Assembly (NCBI GenBank): GCA_029778565.1
Contig: JAKOQC010000247.1
Location: forward strand, 1-59,561
Direction: 5' to 3'
DNA length: 59,561 nt
DNA from: a bacterium
Lineage (GTDB): Bacteria > Patescibacteriota > Saccharimonadia > CAILAD01 > BJGX01
Below the pieces are notes generated by a model that saw only the letters and a program-made list of their open reading frames with translations, ran no database searches and was not told the DNA's origin. The position numbers were made by a program, and so were the translations under genes. Below, one piece after another: positions 29,358 to 36,574 of this stretch. Each line of letters begins with the position of its first letter. The first letter of the stretch is position 1.

Positions 29358-30774
29358 CTTTATTGTCATTCATTTGCGAAAGAGGTTGCTCAATATGGTG
29401 GACTTCACCAGCTCGTTCGAGTAGATCTATAGGATAATTCCCCGAAAAACAAGCAGTACAGAGTTTGTCTTCGGGTAGGCCAATAGCTTTTATCATTCCT
29501 TCATAACTTAAGAAGCCCAAGCTATCAGCAACAATATGGTCTTGCATTTGCTTAACTGACATTTTAGAGGCTAAGAGCTGGGCTTGGTCTGGTGTGTCTA
29601 TGCCATAAAAATCTGGATATTTTACCGGTGGCGAGCTTACTCTAATGTGTACTTCGCGTGCGCCAGCGCTCTTGAGCATTTTGACAATTTGCTGAGTAGT
29701 GGTACCTCTTACAATGGAGTCATCTATTAAGACCACACTCTTACCGGCAAGGTGCTCGGGCAACGGATTAAGTTTCATTTGTACTGCTCGGTTGCGCATT
29801 TCTTGTGTTGGCTCAATAAAGGTGCGGTGAATGTAGCGATTCTTAATAAGACCATGGTCAAATTCTATGCCAAGCGTATTGGCATAGCCAAGGGCAGCCG
29901 GAATAGCCGAGTCTGGTACGGGTATAACCACATCGGCTTGCACTGGTTGCTCGTGGGCCAGCTCTACACCCAATTGACGTCGTACCTCATTGACTAATTT
30001 GCCTGCCAGAATACTATCGGGTCGAGCAAAATAGATAAATTCAAAAACCTCTAGCTTTAGATCGGGCTCTTCTATTTGCCAACTCTTTAATCCATTTTTA
30101 TCAATTCGTACTAACTCACCTGGCTTGATATCGCGCACCAATTTTGCGCCAATCATATCAAATGCACAGGTTTCAGAAGCTATCACGTAACCATCTTTAA
30201 TTTTGCCGAGAGAAAGCGGACGAATGCCATGTTTATCACGAAAGGCATATAGCCCTTTGTGGTTTAAAAGCACACAGCTAAATGCTCCGGTAAAAAGCGG
30301 CCACGCAGATTTAATTGCTTCTGAAACAGATTTTCCCTGATAAATATAATACCGAATTGCGTCGGTCATCATCTCGCTATCGTTACTGCCACGCTTGAGC
30401 AATTTTTTATTCTTTAAAAACTCCTTTAGAGCGGTAGTACTAGGTAAGTTACCGTTGTGGGCAAGTGAGATAACATCATCACCTCGATGCACTGGCTGCA
30501 TATGACGATCGTGCTTGCCACCAGAGGTAGCGTAGCGATTGTGCCCAATAGCCATATGGCCTTCTAGTCTCTGCAAATCATCTTCGGTATACACCTGGGC
30601 TACTAGCCCGGCCCCATGGTGCGAAATAAATCCTTCGCCATCACCGCTAACAATTCCTGAGCTTTCTTGGCCCCGATGCTGCAAAGCCGAAAGACCAAAA
30701 TAAGTAAGCCGTGCAGCTGGTTGAGTTTTTGAATAAACTGCCATTACTGCACACTTTTCTTTTAATTCAGACAA
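29347..30774 (-). CDS. purF: amidophosphoribosyltransferase
   Basis: 475 aa. Short propeptide before the catalytic Cys (EKCAVMAV). Ntn-glutaminase motifs RGQESSGI and HNGNL, a PRTase domain and a C-terminal CTACF. Confidence 0.88.
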   Translation of the reverse strand: MSELKEKCAVMAVYSKTQPAARLTYFGLSALQHRGQESSGIVSGDGEGFISHHGAGLVAQVYTEDDLQRLEGHMAIGHNRYATSGGKHDRHMQPVHRGDDVISLAHNGNLPSTTALKEFLKNKKLLKRGSNDSEMMTDAIRYYIYQGKSVSEAIKSAWPLFTGAFSCVLLNHKGLYAFRDKHGIRPLSLGKIKDGYVIASETCAFDMIGAKLVRDIKPGELVRIDKNGLKSWQIEEPDLKLEVFEFIYFARPDSILAGKLVNEVRRQLGVELAHEQPVQADVVIPVPDSAIPAALGYANTLGIEFDHGLIKNRYIHRTFIEPTQEMRNRAVQMKLNPLPEHLAGKSVVLIDDSIVRGTTTQQIVKMLKSAGAREVHIRVSSPPVKYPDFYGIDTPDQAQLLASKMSVKQMQDHIVADSLGFLSYEGMIKAIGLPEDKLCTACFSGNYPIDLLERAGEVHHIEQPLSQMNDNKVTV

Positions 30775-30827
30775 AACTAACCCCTCCTATTTACTTTTAT
30801 AATTAATTTCATTGTATCATAGTCCAT

Positions 30828-31367
30828 ATGCTAAAAATTACTTCAGGAATATATGGGGGCCGTAAGTTAGTGCAGCCAAAGACCGATAAAACCCGTCCGG
30901 TAATGGAACGCACTCGCCATGCGATATTTCAGGTTCTTGGTGATCTTACAGGGCTAGATGTGCTCGACTTGTATGCAGGCAGTGGCGCATTGGGCTTAGA
31001 AGCTCTCAGTCTTGGTGCTAACTCGACCACCTTTGTTGATACTGCAAGAGTGGCTATTGATGCTATTAAGTCTAATTGTACGACGTTAGAGATTGCCCAG
31101 AAGGTTGTAATAGTTAATTCAAAAGTAGAAGATTTCATTAAGGCCAACCAGTCTACTTACAATATTATTTTTTTCGATCCACCATATGCCAATTTAGACC
31201 AACGTCAACTCAAACTAGCAGCCGACCAATTGGCGCCAGATGGAATACTTGTTGTCAGCTGTTCTGTCAAAACCGAACTACCAGACAAACTTGGCAAAGC
31301 CATGGTGGTTAAACTAAAAAAATATGGTGACACTCAGATTGCTTACTATAAATCTAAGAGTCTATAA
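30828..31367 (+). CDS. rsmD: 16S rRNA (guanine966-N2)-methyltransferase
   Basis: 179 aa. ITSGIYGGRKL...RPVMERTRHAIFQVL...LDLYAGSGALGLEALSLGA...FFDPPY. Confidence 0.85.
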   Translation: MLKITSGIYGGRKLVQPKTDKTRPVMERTRHAIFQVLGDLTGLDVLDLYAGSGALGLEALSLGANSTTFVDTARVAIDAIKSNCTTLEIAQKVVIVNSKVEDFIKANQSTYNIIFFDPPYANLDQRQLKLAADQLAPDGILVVSCSVKTELPDKLGKAMVVKLKKYGDTQIAYYKSKSL

Positions 31368-31378
31368 TTACTCTAATA

Positions 31379-32686
31379 ATGAAACATACTGACACCTTAA
31401 TTATCGAAGGCGGAAAAAAACTCTCCGGCTCTATCGTTGTGCGCGGGGCCAAAAATGCTGTTACCAAAATAATGGTTGCAACACTCTTAAGTGAGCAGCC
31501 AAGTACTATTGCCAACGTGCCAGACATAGAAGATGTAAGAGTTGTAAGCGAGATGATCCGCGAAGTAGGTGGTGAAGTAGAAAAGCTTAAAGACGGCGTA
31601 ATAAAAATAACACCGGCGTCTCTACATCAACCAAACACGTTAGCCCTTCATAAAATTGCCGGCACCAGCCGCATACCCATTTTGTTTGCCGGCCCATTGC
31701 TGCATCGTCTTGGTGAGGCCAAGCTACCTACTTTGGGTGGTTGCAAAATTGGCCCACGACCAGTCGATTTTCACCTAAAGTCTTTGCAAAGTATGGGTGC
31801 CGAGGTAGAAGAAAACAAAAAGGCGTTAATTATTACTACCCAAGGCCTTACAGGTGCCAAAATAGAATTAACTTACCCAAGTGTTGGGGCAACTGAGCAA
31901 GTGCTTCTTAGCTCTGTCTTGGCCAAAGGAGTCACAGAACTCCGCAACGCCGCAGTAGAGCCAGAAATTATTGATCTAATCTGTGTCTTACAAAAGATGG
32001 GTGCAATTATAGAGGTTGGAACGAATAGGGTAATTACTGTGCAAGGAGTAGAGAAGCTGCACGGCTTTGAGCACAATGTATTAACCGACCGAATAGAAGT
32101 AGCTAGCTGGGCATGTGTAGCAGCCGCAACAGATGGCAAGATTTTTATTAAAGGTGCTCAGCAAGAGCCAATGATGACATTTTTAAATACCTTTCGGAGG
32201 GTAGGTGGAGAATTCGCAGTAAAGGACGATGGTATAGAGTTTTGGCGTGGCCGACCGCTTACTAGTATTACACTTGAGACAGATGTGCATCCGGGATTTA
32301 TGACCGACTGGCAGCAGCCTTTTGTGGTGCTCTTAACCCAGGCAGAAGGTAGTAGTACTATTCACGAGACAGTATACGAAGAGCGTTTTGGCTTTACTGA
32401 TGCTCTTAATAAAATGGGCGCCCGTATTCAACTCTACCAAGAATGCTTAGGCGGTACACATTGTCGGTTTGAAAACAGTAATCATTTACATAGCGCCATT
32501 ATTAATGGCCCTACAAAATTACAGGGCGCCGAAATAGATGTGCCAGATTTACGTGCTGGCTTTAGTTATGTGGTAGCGGCCCTAGTCGCACAGGGGAAAA
32601 CTACAATTAATGGTATAAAAACTATCGAGCGTGGCTACGAAAAATTTGAAGAAAAATTACGTGCTATTGGCACAGTGATTATTTAG
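31379..32686 (+). CDS. murA: UDP-N-acetylglucosamine 1-carboxyvinyltransferase
   Basis: 435 aa EPSP-synthase-fold enzyme with an active-site loop of type LGGCKIGPRPVD. TATAAT at 31363-31368, 10 nt before the ATG. Confidence 0.93.
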   Translation: MKHTDTLIIEGGKKLSGSIVVRGAKNAVTKIMVATLLSEQPSTIANVPDIEDVRVVSEMIREVGGEVEKLKDGVIKITPASLHQPNTLALHKIAGTSRIPILFAGPLLHRLGEAKLPTLGGCKIGPRPVDFHLKSLQSMGAEVEENKKALIITTQGLTGAKIELTYPSVGATEQVLLSSVLAKGVTELRNAAVEPEIIDLICVLQKMGAIIEVGTNRVITVQGVEKLHGFEHNVLTDRIEVASWACVAAATDGKIFIKGAQQEPMMTFLNTFRRVGGEFAVKDDGIEFWRGRPLTSITLETDVHPGFMTDWQQPFVVLLTQAEGSSTIHETVYEERFGFTDALNKMGARIQLYQECLGGTHCRFENSNHLHSAIINGPTKLQGAEIDVPDLRAGFSYVVAALVAQGKTTINGIKTIERGYEKFEEKLRAIGTVII

Positions 32687-32712
32687 CAATAATCTGGTAT
32701 AATACTTTTTAC

Positions 32713-32799
32713 GCCGCGGTGGTGGAATTGGTAGACACGCCAGCCTTAGGAGCTGGTGAGGTAACACTCGTGGAGGTTCAAGTCCTCTCCGCGGTACCA
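32713..32799 (+). tRNA. tRNA-Leu (anticodon TAG), CCA encoded
   Basis: Hand-folded cloverleaf. Acceptor GCCGCGG/CCGCGGT, anticodon loop CTTAGGA, long variable arm, T arm GGAGGTTCAAGTCCTC and terminal ACCA. Confidence 0.9.
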
Positions 32800-32805
32800 T
32801 AAAAA

Positions 32806-32832
32806 ATAGCCCAGAATTTTGGGCTATTTTTT
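32806..32832 (+). terminator. rho-independent terminator after tRNA-Leu
   Basis: ATAGCCC-loop-GGGCTAT followed by TTTTT. Confidence 0.7.
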
Positions 32833-32913
32833 ATATCGTAGAAAATGATCAAACAATATATGTGGGATGGCCAGAATCAGCTTCCGAAATTATGGCGTGG
32901 TCTAGTTTTATGA

Positions 32914-32946
32914 AAATAAAAAATACCGAATCAATTGATCCGGTAT
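32914..32946 (-). terminator. terminator of minus-strand gene 33486-32980
   Basis: On the minus strand: ATACCG-loop-CGGTAT followed by TTTTTTATTTT. Confidence 0.55.
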
Positions 32947-32979
32947 ACTGTTTATAATTATAAATTGTTAAATTGTTCT

Positions 32980-33486
32980 TCAGTCATCTGCTTCATAATA
33001 GAAGAAGTCATTTACACCAAAGACAATATTACCATTTCTCTCGAGCAACAACAGAGTGTGCTTGATGATAAATTTGGTTGGAACCTCGATCGGAATACCT
33101 TTGCCTTCTCGTACTGCTAAAACTGCCTTGAGTAGTCTATCATCATCAGGTTGAGTTGGCATATGGCAGTTCTTTCGAACAACTCCGAGCACAGCTTCAA
33201 TAATCTCGGCATGGATGTTTTGTAGAAGGATTGCACGGACTTTTTGATAATCATTATATTCATCATTTGTAAACAGTCTCTCCCAAATTTTACGAAGTCT
33301 CACGGCCTCTACAAGGCTCAACCTTTGCACATCACAATGAGCAAAAGAGCAACTACGTGGCATTGTGCCATCAATAAGAGAAATGCCGCAAACTACATTA
33401 TCTTCTACGCTCGATTCTATACAAAGTACCGGGTGAAAATCGCAATCTTCATAGATATCTCCGGGGAGAATTCTATCGCTTGTCAT
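32980..33486 (-). CDS. hypothetical protein
   Basis: 168 aa. AAGGAAGG RBS and its own consensus promoter. No family recognised. Confidence 0.6.
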   Translation of the reverse strand: MTSDRILPGDIYEDCDFHPVLCIESSVEDNVVCGISLIDGTMPRSCSFAHCDVQRLSLVEAVRLRKIWERLFTNDEYNDYQKVRAILLQNIHAEIIEAVLGVVRKNCHMPTQPDDDRLLKAVLAVREGKGIPIEVPTKFIIKHTLLLLERNGNIVFGVNDFFYYEADD

Positions 33487-33518
33487 TGGTACACCTTCCT
33501 TGGGTGGAGGTCGGAGTT

Positions 33519-33547
33519 ATTCTACACTTTTATTCAATATTAGTCAA
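33519..33547 (-). promoter_or_regulatory. sigma70-type promoter of the 168-aa gene
   Basis: On the minus strand: TTGACT (33547-33542), N17, TAGAAT (33524-33519). Divergent from the RNA promoter. Confidence 0.6.
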
Positions 33548-33567
33548 TAATTTATTATTTTTGCCTA

Positions 33568-33596
33568 TTGACACAGTTTATTTGTTTTGCTACAAT
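33568..33596 (+). promoter_or_regulatory. consensus sigma70 promoter driving the large noncoding transcript
   Basis: TTGACA (33568-33573), exactly 17 nt, TACAAT (33591-33596). Confidence 0.7.
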
Positions 33597-34149
33597 CGTA
33601 ATCGCGTTTTTGAACCTTACATTTGCTGCCCTAGAGAAAATCTTGTGCAGCGATAACCAGTTTTTTCTAGAGTATTCACTAGCTTGAATGCACGGTTTGA
33701 TTCGCCTCATAAAGAATCTGGTTATCGCTGCAGAATGTAGCAACAGAAGTGTCACCGCAGTGTTCTGCGCCCCGCGAGTAATCGCGCCCTGCCCACAGGG
33801 GATCGGTGGAGTTGTTGTGTGCCCCAGAACCACACACTTGCAACTTTACCTTAATGGTCAGGTATGGGATAAACTACCAGGCTGCGGTGACACGCCAATC
33901 AGTGCCGGCTCGCCGAGAAGCGGGCGAGTACAGCGGATCGCCTGTAAATGGGGGTCTTCGCGAGCCGGCACGATTCTCCGCGCGCTAGCCTTGCCAGCTG
34001 AGCCATCTCCGGGTGGGGCCAATGCGAGCGGATGCGCCTGAGAGACCGAAGCTGTTCCAAAACGGCTGAGGTGCTAGAAGAGAGTGACCTACTCCAAAAC
34101 CACTCTTGCCCCGGTCTCTCGGGCGAAATCGAAACAGGCAACTGTTTCA

Positions 34150-34221
34150 GGGGACGAAGTTCTTGTGGAAGAACACCCGCCAGTTGGTGGGAGGTTGGTG
34201 GTTCGACTCCACTCGTCTCCA
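34150..34221 (+). ncRNA. tRNA-like module embedded in the large RNA (Ala/tmRNA-type acceptor, no canonical anticodon loop)
   Basis: Acceptor GGGGACG/CGTCTCC with G3-U70 and discriminator A. D arm GTTC-TTGTGGAA-GAAC. Anticodon arm CCCGC-CAGTTG-GTGGG has only a 6-nt loop, or forms a 6-bp stem with an AGTT tetraloop. 5-nt variable region. T arm GGTGG-TTCGACT-CCACT. No encoded CCA. Confidence 0.6.
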
Positions 34222-34368
34222 CTGGTAGTACAATCTCGACGGCGGGTTCTTCCTGTCACCGGCGGAAAGATTGTGCTCCATACCGGCTTCGGGTCGGGTT
34301 GCATTAAGGCGTGATGTTCGCTACTAGCGCCTTATGTGTAGCCCGGCTCGTTGCCGGACCATCTCGAG

Positions 34369-34396
34369 CCTCAATACATTCGTATTGAGGTTTTTT
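34369..34396 (+). terminator. rho-independent terminator of the large RNA
   Basis: CCTCAATAC-ATTC-GTATTGAGG followed by TTTTTT. Confidence 0.8.
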
Positions 34397-34493
34397 CTTA
34401 CCCGAAAAATGTTGAAGTCAGCGATGTATTATGATACATTTATAGGCATGAATACTGTTAAAACAGCTTGGTTTTATTTTACAAACTCTGTGT

Positions 34494-34567
34494 CTCGCCG
34501 AGGTGTTTTAAGCTAAACTCTAAATAATACGTATCAATGTAAGCCTCGGCGAAAGCCGAGGTTTTTT
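34494..34567 (+). promoter_or_regulatory. terminator/antiterminator (attenuator-like) leader upstream of the 34630 operon
   Basis: Terminator CCTCGGC-GAAA-GCCGAGG plus TTTTTT at 34544-34567. The upstream segment CTCGCCGAGG (34494-34503) can form 9 bp with the 5' arm of the terminator (34544-34552). Confidence 0.5.
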
Positions 34568-34629
34568 GTTGGTATTCATGTGGTTCTCTTGTTAAGTGAA
34601 TCACATCCGTACCTTCAAAAGGGGGAGTA

Positions 34630-34953
34630 ATGAGCATAAAAGTATCTCTGCAAGCATGCTCAAACAGGCAGGTAATGGTATTTACCACTAATGCAAGGCT
34701 AAGCAATCATGTACACACTGCGTTCTTTACAGCACACAATATTATCTACTCTCAGCGAGAGTTAAATAAGATTGGTGTTGTGGCCGAACAGGTAGTGCGC
34801 CAAGTACTTGCGTTTTACGAAATTCGCTCAGTATTTGTTAGTAGCAAGAGCATGAGTGTAGTGCTAAAAACTGGTAAGCAGTGGGAGACATTGCCCGACC
34901 AGATAGTGCGTATTATCGAAAAGGCACTCGATGAGTTTGGGATAGAGTTATGA
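34630..34953 (+). CDS. hypothetical protein with weak Nfu_N-like (NifU N-terminal scaffold) pattern
   Basis: 107 aa with a GGGGGAG RBS. The pattern ...VLAFYEIRSVFVSSKSMSVVLKTGKQWETLPDQIVRIIEKAL resembles ...GVKSVFFGxDFITVTK...W..L in Nfu_N domains. This is judged by eye only. Confidence 0.55.
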   Translation: MSIKVSLQACSNRQVMVFTTNARLSNHVHTAFFTAHNIIYSQRELNKIGVVAEQVVRQVLAFYEIRSVFVSSKSMSVVLKTGKQWETLPDQIVRIIEKALDEFGIEL

Positions 34954-35198
34954 GCCAGTCACTGAGTAGATCAGAGATAGTGCAACGACGTATTGAGACA
35001 TTTGCTCGCATACTTAAGCGCTATCATCCAGATTTGTACGAAAAATACAAAAACGATCTTACCGACCCCATGAGTAGACAGGCCATTCGCCAAATAATTG
35101 CTGTACGAAGACTAACAGCACGTGCGGAGGCTGCAAGACGAGAAAACGAGCGTATACAACGCGAGAACAGAAAACTTCACCGCCCATACTTTTCTTAA
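34950..35198 (+). CDS. small basic helical protein
   Basis: 82 aa, Arg/Lys-rich. ATGA overlap with the upstream gene implies translational coupling. Confidence 0.55.
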   Translation: MSQSLSRSEIVQRRIETFARILKRYHPDLYEKYKNDLTDPMSRQAIRQIIAVRRLTARAEAARRENERIQRENRKLHRPYFS

Positions 35199-35212
35199 AG
35201 TATGGGTTTTTT
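35183..35212 (+). terminator. rho-independent terminator
   Basis: CCCATACT-loop-AGTATGGG followed by TTTTTT. The stop codon is in the loop. Confidence 0.75.
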
Positions 35213-35239
35213 ATTACTCTAGAAATCTCTTACTATTTC

Positions 35240-35248
35240 TGATAGAAT
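35240..35248 (+). promoter_or_regulatory. extended -10 element of tig, leaderless type
   Basis: TGaTAGAAT ends 9 nt before the ATG at 35258. CTGATAGAATAC is identical to the rpsL promoter. Confidence 0.55.
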
Positions 35249-35257
35249 ACAACGATT

Positions 35258-36535
35258 ATGATAAAAGTTACTACCAAAAAAGCCCCCAGCCAAGTTACAT
35301 TAACGATTTCTGTAGATGAGCAGTTTATTGCTCCATACAAGCAAGCTGTCTTAAAACGCCTTAAGAAAGATTTAAAAGTGCCAGGTTTTCGCCCTGGTAT
35401 GGCGCCCGATAATCTTGCCGAAAAAGAATTGGGTGAAGCCAGAGTACAGGCAGATGTATTAGACGAAGTTATAATGCACGCCTATTCCCGAGCTGTACGC
35501 GACGAAAAACTCGAGACGGTAGCTAGTCCTAAAATTAGTCTCAAAAAATTTGTGCCCTATACCGATTTAGAATTTGAGGCTGAAGCACCAATAATGCCAA
35601 AAATTGCTTTTGATCTTAAGAAGCTAAAAGTAAAACCATTAGAGGCAAAGCTAGATAAAAAAGACATTGAAGAGACTTTGCAAGCTATGCAAAAACAAGC
35701 TGCCAAAAAGAGCGAAAAAAAGGGTGCTATTGCCAATGGTGACGAAGTAACCTTTGATTTTACCGGCGTGCGAGAAGGCAAGCCAGTAGAAGGAGCTGCA
35801 GCCACTAATCATGTACTGGTAATAGGGAGTAAACAATTTATTCCTGGCTTTGAAGACAACCTAATTGGTTTAAAAAAGGGTGACGACAAGAAATTTACGG
35901 TTACTTTTCCAAAAGACTACCATGCCAAAGACCTGGCTGGTAAAGACGTCGAGTTTACGGTAAAAATTCATAAGATAGAACAGATAGAATTACCAAAGCT
36001 AGACGATGCTTGGGCAAAAACTATGGGGCCGGTAAAGACTTTGGCCGAGCTAAAAAAAGATATCGAAAAAACACTGCTGAGCCAAAAGCAAGCGGAAGTT
36101 ACCAAACAGTACGAAAACCAAGTACTAGAAGCTGCAATTACCCAGGCTAAATTCGAAGCACCAGCAAGCCTAGTCGAAGAACAAGCTAATCATTTGCGAT
36201 CAGAAACAGAAGAAAACTTAAAGAATTCTGGTTTAGATTTAGACAAGTATCTCGAAATTCAAAAACGCAGCCGCGAAGACTTCGAAAAAGAACTCAAAAG
36301 CGAATCAGAAAAACGCGTTAAGCTTGGTTTGTTGCTCAGACAACTAATTGCTGATCAAAAAATTGCCGTGAGTGATGCCGAAATAGATGGTGAAATTCAA
36401 ATTATGAAAGAACAATACAGCGACCCACAAATGCTCGAACACATAGAGCATGATCATTTTCGTGAAGATGTACGAAACCATCTCTTAACTACTAAGGCTA
36501 TGAATGTTTTAGTAGAAGCAGCTGCCAAAAAGTAG
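35258..36535 (+). CDS. tig: trigger factor
   Basis: 425 aa. N-terminal ribosome-binding motif GFRPG, an FKBP-type PPIase and a C-terminal helical arm. Confidence 0.93.
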   Translation: MIKVTTKKAPSQVTLTISVDEQFIAPYKQAVLKRLKKDLKVPGFRPGMAPDNLAEKELGEARVQADVLDEVIMHAYSRAVRDEKLETVASPKISLKKFVPYTDLEFEAEAPIMPKIAFDLKKLKVKPLEAKLDKKDIEETLQAMQKQAAKKSEKKGAIANGDEVTFDFTGVREGKPVEGAAATNHVLVIGSKQFIPGFEDNLIGLKKGDDKKFTVTFPKDYHAKDLAGKDVEFTVKIHKIEQIELPKLDDAWAKTMGPVKTLAELKKDIEKTLLSQKQAEVTKQYENQVLEAAITQAKFEAPASLVEEQANHLRSETEENLKNSGLDLDKYLEIQKRSREDFEKELKSESEKRVKLGLLLRQLIADQKIAVSDAEIDGEIQIMKEQYSDPQMLEHIEHDHFREDVRNHLLTTKAMNVLVEAAAKK

Positions 36536-36574
36536 ACGTAAGCAGTACTAGTCATTACAGGAGAGTGTGATAAA

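Larger units (their letters stand above)
33604..34396 (+). ncRNA. unclassified large structured RNA (about 0.79 kb)
   Basis: Runs from promoter to terminator with no RBS-preceded ORF. About 60-65% GC by hand-counted samples. Long-range helices: 33646-60/33718-32 (15 bp), 33749-60/33882-93 (12 bp), 33902-12/33961-71 (11 bp), 34036-48/34112-24 (13 bp) and 34227-36/34268-77 (10 bp). GNRA hairpins at 33773-86 (GUAA) and 34131-48 (GCAA). Confidence 0.65.

Noticed and set aside
33798-34221. The possibility that the region is a standard one-piece tmRNA (ssrA), using GGGGAUC at 33798 as the 5' acceptor strand.
   Set aside because: That pairing is weaker (6 of 7 with two G-U) than the perfect local GGGGACG partner only 48 nt upstream of the T arm. 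There is no UUCGAC-type D-loop analogue after either candidate 5' end. I found no tag-like reading frame ending in a hydrophobic ..AA stop; the candidates end ..FSAR or ..SGCA. The strand order (GGGG before the T arm) also does not fit a permuted two-piece gene. This is not fully excluded and needs ARAGORN or Infernal.
34264-34289. RNase P RNA-like string GGAAAG-AUUGU-GCUCCAUA-CCGGCUU, compared with E. coli GGAAAGUCCGGGCUCCAUA and CCCGGCUUA.
   Set aside because: The two P4-like strands are adjacent and not complementary. No other conserved RNase P blocks (GGUAAGGGUGAAA, ACAGAA) are present. The terminator is only about 100 nt downstream. The resemblance is probably chance.
33555-34314. Several 60-117 aa ORFs on both strands: 33555..33833(-), 33688..34041(+), 33806..33988(+), 33899..34222(-), 34032..34307(+), 34084..34314(+) and 34089..34304(-).
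   Set aside because: They overlap each other in multiple frames and lack an RBS. Their Arg/Cys/Gly/Pro/Ser-rich composition is what translation of GC-rich noncoding DNA gives. The region is better explained as a structured RNA.
32800-35260. A classical tRNA-integrated genomic island or prophage remnant next to tRNA-Leu.
   Set aside because: I found no integrase or recombinase gene, and no direct repeat of the tRNA-Leu 3' end at the distal boundary.
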